A stretch of DNA of 64,000 bases from an uncultured virus (IMG/VR IMGVR_UViG_3300032307_001039) (Duplodnaviria > Heunggongvirae > Uroviricota > Caudoviricetes). The stretch's first letter is position 1. Every line of letters starts with the position of its first letter. Location: the IMG/VR virus record IMGVR_UViG_3300032307_001039; one strand, written 5' to 3'. A program made the position numbers and the translations under genes. The notes below the pieces were generated by a model. It was not told where the DNA came from and did not search any database. It saw only the letters and a program-made list of their open reading frames with translations. This document shows, one piece after another, positions 48,613-58,316 of the stretch.

Positions 48613-49586
48613 TCTCGGACCGTAATCATATCTTTTTTGCCAGCTCCCGCTAATGGAAATTTTTCTATTTTTTTTATTTTTTTAGGCAAATAATTGAAAT
48701 TATTAAAATAATCTAGTATATATTTTTTTATTTCTTCTTCTTCAATTTCGCCTACATAGACTAAGGCTAATTCGTCTAGTTCATTACTTAAATTTGTTTT
48801 AAATAAAACGAAGTCTAAAATTTTTTTATTTTCACCTAACATTTTATTTATATCAGTGAGAGAAACAGAATTACCATTTATTTTAGCAACACTATCAGCT
48901 CTAGATATAAATTTAAATTGTCTACCTTTTACTTCAAAAATATCACCAGGTTTATATGGATTACCAACTTTAATAAATTCTTTTTCGTTTATAAAACCCT
49001 TACACATATATGGACTATAAATATGTCCATCTTCTTTAATATCAACATCATCACTAAGAAAATCATAATATTCATCTTCCATTTTTTTAACGCCTATTAG
49101 ACTATATTCACTTGAACCAAAAAAATGATAGCAATTAACTTCTTGTGACTTTAAGTGATCAAAAAGATTAGGACTTATCACTTCTCCACCTAAAAGTAGA
49201 ATTTGTTCTTTGTTTATTTTTAAATGATCTTTAAAATTCCAAATAAAACTAGGAACACTAAAAATATATTTAACTTTATTGTTATTTATATGTTTAATTA
49301 AATTATTTACTTCATAATCATAAACAATATTATCTGTTACTGTTTTTAAACATGCTAGATAAGCGTGATCAGGCGGTGCAGTTACTAGAACTTTTTCTCC
49401 ATTATAATTAGCATGTTTAAATACTTTTTTAAACATAGTTGCTATACCTTCAACTTGCATAAAAATAGTTTTTCGCATTCCCTCTGTTCCAGTTGTCATA
49501 AATGGAAAATAGAGAATATCATCTGGTAAATCAATGTGATCACCATATCTTTCTTTTATTTGTTGGACGGTTAGTTTTTCAGTCAT
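48600..49586 (-). CDS. truncated ANL-family adenylate-forming enzyme
   Basis: TTGTEG.RK P-loop, LGGE, FGSSE, GD, R.D...KING, GKKD. Confidence 0.8.
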   Translation of the reverse strand: MTEKLTVQQIKERYGDHIDLPDDILYFPFMTTGTEGMRKTIFMQVEGIATMFKKVFKHANYNGEKVLVTAPPDHAYLACLKTVTDNIVYDYEVNNLIKHINNNKVKYIFSVPSFIWNFKDHLKINKEQILLLGGEVISPNLFDHLKSQEVNCYHFFGSSEYSLIGVKKMEDEYYDFLSDDVDIKEDGHIYSPYMCKGFINEKEFIKVGNPYKPGDIFEVKGRQFKFISRADSVAKINGNSVSLTDINKMLGENKKILDFVLFKTNLSNELDELALVYVGEIEEEEIKKYILDYFNNFNYLPKKIKKIEKFPLAGAGKKDMITVREWMK

Positions 49587-49594
49587 TCTTTTTC

Positions 49595-49852
49595 CTATTC
49601 AAAAAATTTTATTAAGTTAGTGTAGTTTTTATTTATTATATTATTTTTAATTTGCCATTGATTATCTACGAAATTTAATTTTTTTGATGGATATTCAAAA
49701 TCAATAAATATATTTCTTTTATTATTTTCATCTTCGTGAAGGTAATTATGTGCTATCACATCATTAAAAGCAATAACGAAATCACTATATAGATGTTCTT
49801 TTATTAATTCTCCATTTTTACAATTGTAAATAAAAACTTTCAAAACTTTCAT
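49595..49852 (-). CDS. short paralogue of the N-terminus of 58301-59200
   Basis: VLKVFIYNCKNGELIKEHLYSDF vs VLKIYVYNT-KGEKVKEEFYSLF. Confidence 0.65.
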   Translation of the reverse strand: MKVLKVFIYNCKNGELIKEHLYSDFVIAFNDVIAHNYLHEDENNKRNIFIDFEYPSKKLNFVDNQWQIKNNIINKNYTNLIKFFE

Positions 49853-49892
49853 TTTATTTATTATTATATTTTTAGAAAAAATATAATAATAA

Positions 49893-50513
49893 ATGAAAAA
49901 TTTTATTTTAAAAGATGAATTTACTGATATTATTGATAAAAATAAAAATAAATTAAGAGATTTTTATGAAAAAGAAAAAGATAAATTGTTTTTTCATAAT
50001 GACGTTACATATGGTAAAGATTATAATCTTTGCTTAATTGATGCAAAACAAAAAAAAGAAAATTTAGAAGAATTAAAAAAAACAAATGAATTTTTTATTG
50101 ATATTTTTAAACAAAACAATGGCCTTATAATTCCATTTTTCGTAATTGGAAAAATATGTGGTTATCCAAATAAAGATTGGTTTATATCACATAGACATAA
50201 TTTTATTACAGATGGAAATATATATCATTACATTTTAAATTGTAATGATAGTTCTGGTATGATTATTCGTAATGAATATTTACATTTTAAAAAAGATATG
50301 ATTTTTGGTTTTAATGGAAATAAAAATCATATTGTTTTTAATTTCGGTGAAACAGTTAAAGAGTCATATATCTTTTTTACTTTAAATAAAAAATCGACAT
50401 TAGAAGATTGGACAAATGAATTTAAAGATTATTTTATTGATAATAAAAAATATATGATTGAAATGAATAAAAAATATGCGAGATCAAAAATAAAAAAAAT
50501 CACTGGATTTTAA
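49893..50513 (+). CDS. 2OG-Fe(II) oxygenase, Asp/Asn beta-hydroxylase-like
   Basis: HRHN...YHYIL...FGFN....HIVFN.GE; paralogue of 50500-51030. Confidence 0.65.
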   Translation: MKNFILKDEFTDIIDKNKNKLRDFYEKEKDKLFFHNDVTYGKDYNLCLIDAKQKKENLEELKKTNEFFIDIFKQNNGLIIPFFVIGKICGYPNKDWFISHRHNFITDGNIYHYILNCNDSSGMIIRNEYLHFKKDMIFGFNGNKNHIVFNFGETVKESYIFFTLNKKSTLEDWTNEFKDYFIDNKKYMIEMNKKYARSKIKKITGF

Positions 50514-51030
50514 TTTTAAATTTATTAGTCATTAATAATATTTCTTTTTTGCTTAAATTTCTTGTGTCTTCTTCTTGTTTATTAACTATTTTCATTTTTT
50601 TATTTTTCCATTCTTCTAAGGTTAAGTTTTTATTTTTAAAAATAAAAACCAAAGATTCTCTGGTTTCTTCTCCATGATTCCATACTATGTGTTTCGTCAT
50701 TGGATTAAAACCGAAAAGTAAACCCTCATAATATTGAAGATATGTATTTTCGACTATAATTCCACATTTATCATTGCATTTTATTACATAATGATAGTAT
50801 TCTTCGTCCATATCAGTTAAGTGTTCATGTGCTATATACGACATACTGGGTAAAGAAAAAAATATTATATCTGTTAAATCTTCAAAATTAACATAATTTT
50901 TTTTTAATGTGTATATCCCCCATCCATTGTTGTCTCTTTTAATAAATTTTTCTTTTATTAAATTATTTGTGTCATTTTCTTTTAAAAATTTTTTTATTTT
51001 ATCTATTCTTTCATTATTAAAAATAATCAT
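50500..51030 (-). CDS. 2OG-Fe(II) oxygenase, Asp/Asn beta-hydroxylase-like
   Basis: HEH..D...YHYVI...FGFN....HIVWNHGEETR. Confidence 0.7.
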   Translation of the reverse strand: MIIFNNERIDKIKKFLKENDTNNLIKEKFIKRDNNGWGIYTLKKNYVNFEDLTDIIFFSLPSMSYIAHEHLTDMDEEYYHYVIKCNDKCGIIVENTYLQYYEGLLFGFNPMTKHIVWNHGEETRESLVFIFKNKNLTLEEWKNKKMKIVNKQEEDTRNLSKKEILLMTNKFKIKIQ

Positions 51031-52040
51031 AAATCAAAATCTGTTAAAATATCTTTTATATTTTTCGTTATATTCCAATTATAATCTTTTTTAAATTTAG
51101 TGTTATTAGTTATCCACCATTTATGATCACCATCTCTTTCTTTTTCTAGGTGATTAGTTTTTAAATTTAAAATATTTTTTATTTCTATAATTGATAAAGA
51201 GTTTTCTCTTCCGCCACCTAAATTATAAACATTAGAGTTTTGTTTTGGATTTTTATAATATAAATAAAAAGCATTCGCTAAATCATATGCATGTAAATTA
51301 TCTCTAACTTGTTTTCCTTTATAACCATTAATATTATAAATCTTATTTTCTTTATATGTTTTAATTAAAAAAGATAAAAATCCATGATTTATAACTCCAC
51401 TTTGTTTATTTCCAGTGATACAGCCACATCTAAAACAAACTGTTGACATGTTAAAGTATTTACCATATTCTTGAGTTATTAAATCTGCTGATAATTTGGA
51501 AACTCCAAAAAGAGAATGTTTTGTGTTATCAATTGACATATTCTCGTCTATTCCATCATAATAAATATGATTTTTATTTAAATCATATCTTGTTTCAGTT
51601 TCAATAAAATCATAATAATTTATATGATCTCCGTAAACTTTATTAGTCGAAACATATATAAATATAATTTTTTTATTTAATTTTCTAAATAATTCTAATA
51701 AGTTTAAAGTCGCCGTTGCATTGTTTTGCCAATCTAAAATTACATTATCTTTTGCCCAATCATGAGAAGGTTGTGCTGCAGTATGAATAACACAATCAAT
51801 ATTAGTTATTATTTTTTTTAAATATAAGTTAAGATTTTCATGATTTAAAAGATTAATATCACAATGAGTATAATTTTTATAATTTTTTAATAAATCTAAT
51901 TTAGGATAATTATCTCCATCTTTTCCAAAAAAAGATAATCTTTGATTATTATCGATACCTAAAACTTCATAACCTTTATTTAAAAAAAATAAAGAAGTTT
52001 CGGATCCAACTAAACCCAAAGAACCCGTTATTAAAATCAA
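51027..52040 (-). CDS. NAD-dependent NDP-sugar epimerase/dehydratase (CDP-paratose 2-epimerase-like)
   Basis: ITGSLGLVG, HTAAQPSHDWA, STNKVYGD, HSLFGVSK, GKQVRDNLH. Confidence 0.9.
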   Translation of the reverse strand: MILITGSLGLVGSETSLFFLNKGYEVLGIDNNQRLSFFGKDGDNYPKLDLLKNYKNYTHCDINLLNHENLNLYLKKIITNIDCVIHTAAQPSHDWAKDNVILDWQNNATATLNLLELFRKLNKKIIFIYVSTNKVYGDHINYYDFIETETRYDLNKNHIYYDGIDENMSIDNTKHSLFGVSKLSADLITQEYGKYFNMSTVCFRCGCITGNKQSGVINHGFLSFLIKTYKENKIYNINGYKGKQVRDNLHAYDLANAFYLYYKNPKQNSNVYNLGGGRENSLSIIEIKNILNLKTNHLEKERDGDHKWWITNNTKFKKDYNWNITKNIKDILTDFDL

Positions 52041-52900
52041 ATCTTATCCTTTAAAAAATCATAGTAATAATTAGCAATTAGTTCTTGAGAATAAAAAGAT
52101 GGATGAAGAGAATAAGGATTACTTTTGAATTTTTTTAAAGTGAAAGGGCTTTTCAAATCTAATTCATCTTTATTTATTTTATTAAAAATAAATTCATTTA
52201 AAATATCTTTGTTATGACATGTTTCATTTATTTGATCTCTAACTGTTTCATACCACGAAGGAAGAAAAAAATATTTATATTGATAATTATTTAATAAATT
52301 TATAATAGATAATATACTTTGCAAAGCATAAAGATTATATATTTTTTTTGTAAATGTTTTTTTTAAAAAAAATCTATTTTCTTCAGAATAGAAATTATTA
52401 ATATTCATATTTAGTTTATTTTTTTCGCTATGAATAGAAAAATTATTTATTAAATATTCTGCTTTATTTTTATCATTTTCTTTTATATCATAAAAATTTA
52501 ACATATTAGCTTTTTCATACATTAAATTATTATTTTTACTACTCATAATTCTATCATTAATTGTTGGAGCTATAATAAAAATCAATTCTTCTTTTTTATT
52601 TGTTGTTATGGCATATAAAATGTGATTTAAAATACCTTGCCATGAAGTTCCATAAGCACTTAAATTTAATGATTTTAATTTTAATAAATTAGATAATCTG
52701 TAAGCCCAACTATTTTCCTCTTTTATTTTCTGAGATAATTTAAAAATAGAGTTTTTAGATTTATCATAACGCCAAACGTTTTTAATATAATCAAAAAAAT
52801 TAATAATATTATTATCTATAATATTATTATCTACTAACCATTCGTAATCTGTAACTCCTGCATTAGCATAACTATCCCCTAAATAAATTAAAGTTTTCAT
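52037..52900 (-). CDS. SGNH-like hydrolase or acyltransferase
   Basis: LGDSYA, NLSAYGTS, C-terminal LHPS. Confidence 0.7.
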   Translation of the reverse strand: MKTLIYLGDSYANAGVTDYEWLVDNNIIDNNIINFFDYIKNVWRYDKSKNSIFKLSQKIKEENSWAYRLSNLLKLKSLNLSAYGTSWQGILNHILYAITTNKKEELIFIIAPTINDRIMSSKNNNLMYEKANMLNFYDIKENDKNKAEYLINNFSIHSEKNKLNMNINNFYSEENRFFLKKTFTKKIYNLYALQSILSIINLLNNYQYKYFFLPSWYETVRDQINETCHNKDILNEFIFNKINKDELDLKSPFTLKKFKSNPYSLHPSFYSQELIANYYYDFLKDKI

Positions 52901-52924
52901 TTATCTATTATATATAATAGATAA

Positions 52925-53434
52925 ATGAATAATATTCTTGATTATTTCAATAAAAATAAAAATGAGATTTTATCTTTTATAAATAAAGAAATTTATATTT
53001 TTCCAAAAATGCTTTTAAATACTGAAGATCTTTTTGATAATGATTTGTATTTTACACTACAAAATCAAAATAATATTTTTAGTTATTTTTTTAAAATTGA
53101 AAATACAAAAATTTTCTCTATAAAAAGAGAAAATAAAGAAAAATTTTTTTTTAAAAGTGATTTTAAATATAAAAATTTATATTTATTTTTTTCTGACAAT
53201 CATTTAGTAAATGTTAATAATAAATTAATTAAAGATAAAAATTTATTAACTAATAGTGATGATGAAGTTTATATAAAAAATGGAGATTTTTTAATTATCT
53301 CGTTTTTAGAAAGTGAAATTTTAGATTATGATATTTTTCTTATACCATATAAAGAAAAAAACATTTTTGATAAAATCAAAATAAATAAAATTAATATAAA
53401 AAATATTTTTATAAATAAAATGTTTAAGCTTTAA
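52925..53434 (+). CDS. hypothetical protein
   Basis: 169-aa ORF. Confidence 0.5.
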   Translation: MNNILDYFNKNKNEILSFINKEIYIFPKMLLNTEDLFDNDLYFTLQNQNNIFSYFFKIENTKIFSIKRENKEKFFFKSDFKYKNLYLFFSDNHLVNVNNKLIKDKNLLTNSDDEVYIKNGDFLIISFLESEILDYDIFLIPYKEKNIFDKIKINKINIKNIFINKMFKL

Positions 53435-54525
53435 AAAAGATTTAAAAAATTTTCTTTAAAACTAGATGTATCTAAGAAATGTTTATAATTATGTTCTAAA
53501 ATATCTTTCATTTCTGAAATATTTTTTTCATGTTCACTTTTGCTTAAAAGCGATATTCTTTTTATTTCGTTATATATTTTATTTTTTCTTTTTTCGTAGT
53601 TAATTTCAAGATCGTAACTTTCATCTATCCATTTTGAAAAAGTTTTAAAACCTTCTTTTTTTAAATTTTTTAATGTGTAAGGGTTTCCTATTACTATAAA
53701 TGGAATTTGATGATAAAAAGACTTATATGTTTTTTCACTAATGAAACATAAATTATCACTAGCATTTGTTTCTGTTATTATGTAATAATATGATTGATCA
53801 AAAAAATGTCCATTATTTAAATTATAAAAATCATCATTTAGATAATATTCAAAAGCTAAATGTCCAGAATTGTTTTCGTTTTCTAAATATTTTTGACCAA
53901 AAATATCATAATCTTCAATTTTCCATAAATTTATATTTTTTTGCGAATATGAAAAATAAAAATAATTAAATAAATTATTTTTATTTAAAAAATTAAATAA
54001 ATCATTTCTATGTTCTCTTTCTTTGCCATTTAAAGAAAGAAAAATTTTATTTTTTATGATATATTTTTTTTCTTTTTTTATTTCTCTAAACTTAGAAAAC
54101 ATATCATATCTAAAAGCGTTAAAGTGTTTATAATCATCATCTTCAAAATGATTATTTAATATAAAATTAGTTTCTTTTTTAAATTTATTTTCTATTTTAT
54201 TTTTTATGATTTTTAAAATATCAAAATTATAATCGTTTTTAGAATAAAAAGAAAAAGGGTAAAAAAAATAAATTTTGTTTATTTTTTTAGTTAAACTTTT
54301 TTTATAAAAATTATTTATACTTTCATCAAAAAGATCGTTTACGTTTTCTATTTTTTTTTTATGCAAAATAGCATTTAACATTTGATTTGGAAAAAATTGT
54401 TCATAAACAATTAAATCACCAAAATCATTATTATTTAAATAATAATTTTGATCCTTATAATATTTTAAAAATTCATAAACATTATAACCAACAACGTTAT
54501 CATTATTTATTGTTAACAAATTCAT
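53431..54525 (-). CDS. glycosyltransferase-like protein (ET...SEKT.K...PF..G / DESYD motif)
   Basis: FLSLNG..REHR, IITET...FISEKTYK...PFIVIG, GFKTF...IDESYD; GT10-like assignment is tentative. Confidence 0.6.
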   Translation of the reverse strand: MNLLTINNDNVVGYNVYEFLKYYKDQNYYLNNNDFGDLIVYEQFFPNQMLNAILHKKKIENVNDLFDESINNFYKKSLTKKINKIYFFYPFSFYSKNDYNFDILKIIKNKIENKFKKETNFILNNHFEDDDYKHFNAFRYDMFSKFREIKKEKKYIIKNKIFLSLNGKEREHRNDLFNFLNKNNLFNYFYFSYSQKNINLWKIEDYDIFGQKYLENENNSGHLAFEYYLNDDFYNLNNGHFFDQSYYYIITETNASDNLCFISEKTYKSFYHQIPFIVIGNPYTLKNLKKEGFKTFSKWIDESYDLEINYEKRKNKIYNEIKRISLLSKSEHEKNISEMKDILEHNYKHFLDTSSFKENFLNLF

Positions 54526-54706
54526 AAATTATTTTTTTAACGCTATTTGTTTTAACAAAATCAATTTCTTTTATTTCAACATTAAACATTTCTTCTATTT
54601 CCATTATTAAACTAACTATTTTTATGCTATTTAACTTATGTCTTAAATCTTCTTCATAATCAATGTTAAATTTTCTTAACATCTCATCAATAAGTTTGTT
54701 TTCCAA
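54503..54706 (-). CDS. acyl carrier protein-like
   Basis: 67 aa; LNSIKIVSLIMEIEEMFNVEI. Confidence 0.7.
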   Translation of the reverse strand: MENKLIDEMLRKFNIDYEEDLRHKLNSIKIVSLIMEIEEMFNVEIKEIDFVKTNSVKKIIYEFVNNK

Positions 54707-55739
54707 AATTTAGCACCTTTTCTAATAATTTTTTAGTATCAGTTTTTATCATTTCTCCAGAATTAATATCTTTTGTTATATACTGTTTATCAATTAATAT
54801 TTTTTTAGGAACGTGATTTATATCATTGTATTCTTTATAAATTATATCTATAATTTGATTTATTTCATATTCTTTTTCATTTATCATGTACATGCAGAAT
54901 TGATCAAAGCCATTTTCATCTTTATATTTTAATAACTGTATGTCAATAGCTTTTAACTCTTTCATCAAAGAAGTTTTAATTTGTTCTAAATATATTTTCT
55001 TTTCATTTATTTTTACAAATGAGTTATCTCTACCGATAAAATTAAATTTATGATCATCAATCATTTCAATAAAATCATTGCCAATATATGTCTTATTCGT
55101 TCTTAAATCTTGAAGACCATTCTCATCTTCAATAAAATCACAAGCACCAGAGTTTTCTCTTAAAAATTCTATTCTTCCCTCTGAATTTTTAACTAATTTT
55201 ATGGTTGGTACAGTTTGATGATAGTCATGGTTTCGCACAGAACGATACCCAACTAAGCCAGAATCGGTTCCACCATACATGTCGAATACCTGTGCGTTTG
55301 TTTGATTTAATAAGCTTTCTTTAACTGTTTTTGATAATTGTTCACCAGCTAAAAATATATAATGATAATGTTTAAGATTCATTTTTTCTCTAAAATTCCA
55401 ATATAGGGATGGTGTGACATATAAACAGTTAAATTTTGTGTTATTTATTTCTTTAACAGCTTCACTCATTTCTGGATAATAATCTATTTTTACTTTACCA
55501 AACATATTTAAACAAAGAAAAACATAAGCTAAAAGATTATTTGTATTTTTATTTCTAATCAATATATTATTCATATAATGAGTTTTTTTATCATAACCAA
55601 AAGTTACGATTTCATTTTTAATATTTTGAAGATCACTCATTTTACTTCTATAAATTTTTTTCTTATTAACACTGCCAGAGCTTTCGACTAATAAATATTT
55701 TTCTTGACTAGGAAGATGATCGTACTTTATATGTTTCAT
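54687..55739 (-). CDS. truncated ANL-family adenylate-forming enzyme
   Basis: SSGSVNKKK P-loop, VTPS, LAGE, MYGGTDSG, ND, FIGRD...KIN. Confidence 0.78.
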   Translation of the reverse strand: MKHIKYDHLPSQEKYLLVESSGSVNKKKIYRSKMSDLQNIKNEIVTFGYDKKTHYMNNILIRNKNTNNLLAYVFLCLNMFGKVKIDYYPEMSEAVKEINNTKFNCLYVTPSLYWNFREKMNLKHYHYIFLAGEQLSKTVKESLLNQTNAQVFDMYGGTDSGLVGYRSVRNHDYHQTVPTIKLVKNSEGRIEFLRENSGACDFIEDENGLQDLRTNKTYIGNDFIEMIDDHKFNFIGRDNSFVKINEKKIYLEQIKTSLMKELKAIDIQLLKYKDENGFDQFCMYMINEKEYEINQIIDIIYKEYNDINHVPKKILIDKQYITKDINSGEMIKTDTKKLLEKVLNFGKQTY

Positions 55740-56374
55740 TTTAAACCTCTTAATATTTTACCGTTTATATAATATGAATTGTCTGGAATATTTTCTGTTA
55801 TTGTTTGATTTGGAGCGATATAGCAATTGCTGCCTATTTTAATACCCTTATTTATTGTTACATTGACAGTGACTATAGTGTTATCGCCTATTATCACATC
55901 TCTATCTAAAGTGTTTTTTTGAAAAAGAAAACACTTATTTCCTATTTTAGCTCTATTTCCAATAACTGAGAGAGGACCAAAAAAAGAATAATTACCAATT
56001 TCCAAATAATTACCAAAAAAAGTATGAAAAGCCATTACTCCATTTCCAATAGCATTCCTATCTTTAGAGATTGGCGAATTGACCAATAAACGTTTTAAAA
56101 CATTTAGTTTATTATCAATAATATATTTCTCAAACACATCTTGTTTTTGAGAAGCACATATAAGATGATTATATTTTTTAATTTTATTAATATTAAAAGT
56201 GTGTAAAGTGTCTGTATGGGAAAAACCAATACACTTTATTTTTTTATTTTTCATTAATTTATTTTTATGATTATAAATTTCATAATGATATGACTTACTG
56301 TAGTATTTAATATTAGTTAATAAATTTTCTATTTCCTTTGAATAATCACCATTTCCATGAATAAATATTTTCAT
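55736..56374 (-). CDS. hexapeptide-repeat sugar acetyltransferase (PglD/NeuD-like)
   Basis: IHGNG N-domain; repeated IGN/IGD/IGS hexapeptides. Confidence 0.8.
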   Translation of the reverse strand: MKIFIHGNGDYSKEIENLLTNIKYYSKSYHYEIYNHKNKLMKNKKIKCIGFSHTDTLHTFNINKIKKYNHLICASQKQDVFEKYIIDNKLNVLKRLLVNSPISKDRNAIGNGVMAFHTFFGNYLEIGNYSFFGPLSVIGNRAKIGNKCFLFQKNTLDRDVIIGDNTIVTVNVTINKGIKIGSNCYIAPNQTITENIPDNSYYINGKILRGLK

Positions 56375-57306
56375 ATACTTATTTTAAATGTTTTTTTTAC
56401 ACTTTGTCTATTTTTTTTAAGCATATTTTTAAAATTAATTTTATCGAATTTTATTTGAGTTTTTTTAAAATAAAAATTAGGTTTTATAATATATTCTTTT
56501 GATCTTGATTTTAAATTTGTGTAACAAGCCGAAAATTTATCATCCATTTGAAAATAATAATCATAATTATCTATAAAATTTTCAAAAGTTAAATTTTTAA
56601 ATTCTTCTTCGAATTTACTCCAATAATATACTATAGCTTTATAGTATTCATATTCAAAATAGTTTTGAAATCTATATTTTTCCATATCTTCGTATAAATC
56701 ATTAGCTATTAAAAAAGGAATGTTTTCTTTTTTAAAATTTTCATTATTCTCACCAGGAAAATCATAATTATTTTTACCGTTATTATCTAATATTTTTTGA
56801 ATTTTTTCTTGATAATTTGTGTTATAAAAACAACACTGTATCCAAGTGTGATTTATATCTTTTATATCAAGTTTAAAGACATTAACGTTATTAATTTGAT
56901 ATATTTCTTTTTTGTAATCATCTAAATTTTTGTTGTTTAAATAAATAACATTAGGTATGTCATTGTTTTTTTCTATTTTAAATATATTGCTTAAAACATT
57001 TTCTGTTAAAAGAAAAACATCAGATTCTAAATGAAAAATAATATCTTTAGGCTTTACTTCATGATGAAAATAATTTTTTCCTCCTACTAAACCTAAATTT
57101 TTTTCTTGACTTAAATAAATAATGTTATATTGTTTACATAAATCTTTAATTTTTTTTTGTTCTTCTTTTTCAAGCGGATATTTATTATCAACAAGATAAT
57201 GTTTAAATTTTATTTTTTCTTTTTTAAATATGCGATAATTATTTTCTAAAGTTTCTTTTAAAAAATAGAATGGATGATAATGAATAGTGATTATATTAAT
57301 ATCCAC
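56371..57306 (-). CDS. GT2-like (GT-A) glycosyltransferase
   Basis: LVDN, KNLGLVGG.N, FHLESD. Confidence 0.65.
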   Translation of the reverse strand: MDINIITIHYHPFYFLKETLENNYRIFKKEKIKFKHYLVDNKYPLEKEEQKKIKDLCKQYNIIYLSQEKNLGLVGGKNYFHHEVKPKDIIFHLESDVFLLTENVLSNIFKIEKNNDIPNVIYLNNKNLDDYKKEIYQINNVNVFKLDIKDINHTWIQCCFYNTNYQEKIQKILDNNGKNNYDFPGENNENFKKENIPFLIANDLYEDMEKYRFQNYFEYEYYKAIVYYWSKFEEEFKNLTFENFIDNYDYYFQMDDKFSACYTNLKSRSKEYIIKPNFYFKKTQIKFDKINFKNMLKKNRQSVKKTFKISI

Positions 57307-58316
57307 TATATTATCATTTCTCCATCATAATGATTTTTAACTATTTCTCCGAAATAAAACTGATCCAGTTGAAACGGAAACACTATCATTTTTTTATTTT
57401 TATTCATTGCTCTACCGAAAGAGCCTGCGCCACCGTGAGTTAAAAATAAACTGATATAATCAAAAATTATTTCATGAGGATACCATTCTGGGCATATGTG
57501 TATCCATTTTTCTAATGTGTTTTTTCTTAAAAACTGTTGGTATTCTTTTTCCATTGTTATGCCATACCAACCATCATCGAATAATTCATTTATTTTTTTT
57601 AAAAAAAGATATTTTATATTTCTACCTATACCTAAATTATGCTTACTCATGCTGCCTAAGCTAGCAAAAAATATTTTATTTTTTCCTTTGGTTTTAAAAC
57701 TTAAATTAAATCTTTCTTGATTTTCATTAATATTATATTTATAAAAATTTGTATCCATATATTTATAATAACCAACTGGATCAGTTTCAAAACCTTTTAT
57801 CCAATCTTTTTCATAATAATAAATATTACGATATGGTGATGATTCATTTAGCATATTTAAAAAATAAGATTCTTTTGGCCAATTATACCATGATTTAACT
57901 AAAAACCATTCTTTTTTTAATTCTTTACAGACTTGAATACACGTTAAATCTAAATAATTAGTAATAATAAGATCATATTCTTTTACTAATTTTTTATAAA
58001 AATTGTAATATGGCTCATACTCGCTCCACATATGAAAAGAAGTTTCAATTATACTTTCGTCATATTTTCTTTGATTAAAATTAGAATTTTCTTTAATTTC
58101 TATATGTTCAATAATTTTATCTCTTTTTATTTCTTGAGCATGAAGTTTATTAATTGGATTTTTTAAGAATTTAACAGAAGGATAAATAAATTTTAAAAAA
58201 GCGTGATCATCTTCAACTAAAAAAGTTACGTTATCTTTTTTTCTTAAATCATATGATGCTAAAACAGAGTGAATATCTCCATATCCACCTCTATATGTTA
58301 TTAAGATTTTATCCAT
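57306..58316 (-). CDS. GT1-like (GT-B) glycosyltransferase
   Basis: GGYGDI, ASLGS, WYPH...F....LFLTHGGAGS, PFQLDQF. Confidence 0.82.
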   Translation of the reverse strand: MDKILITYRGGYGDIHSVLASYDLRKKDNVTFLVEDDHAFLKFIYPSVKFLKNPINKLHAQEIKRDKIIEHIEIKENSNFNQRKYDESIIETSFHMWSEYEPYYNFYKKLVKEYDLIITNYLDLTCIQVCKELKKEWFLVKSWYNWPKESYFLNMLNESSPYRNIYYYEKDWIKGFETDPVGYYKYMDTNFYKYNINENQERFNLSFKTKGKNKIFFASLGSMSKHNLGIGRNIKYLFLKKINELFDDGWYGITMEKEYQQFLRKNTLEKWIHICPEWYPHEIIFDYISLFLTHGGAGSFGRAMNKNKKMIVFPFQLDQFYFGEIVKNHYDGEMII

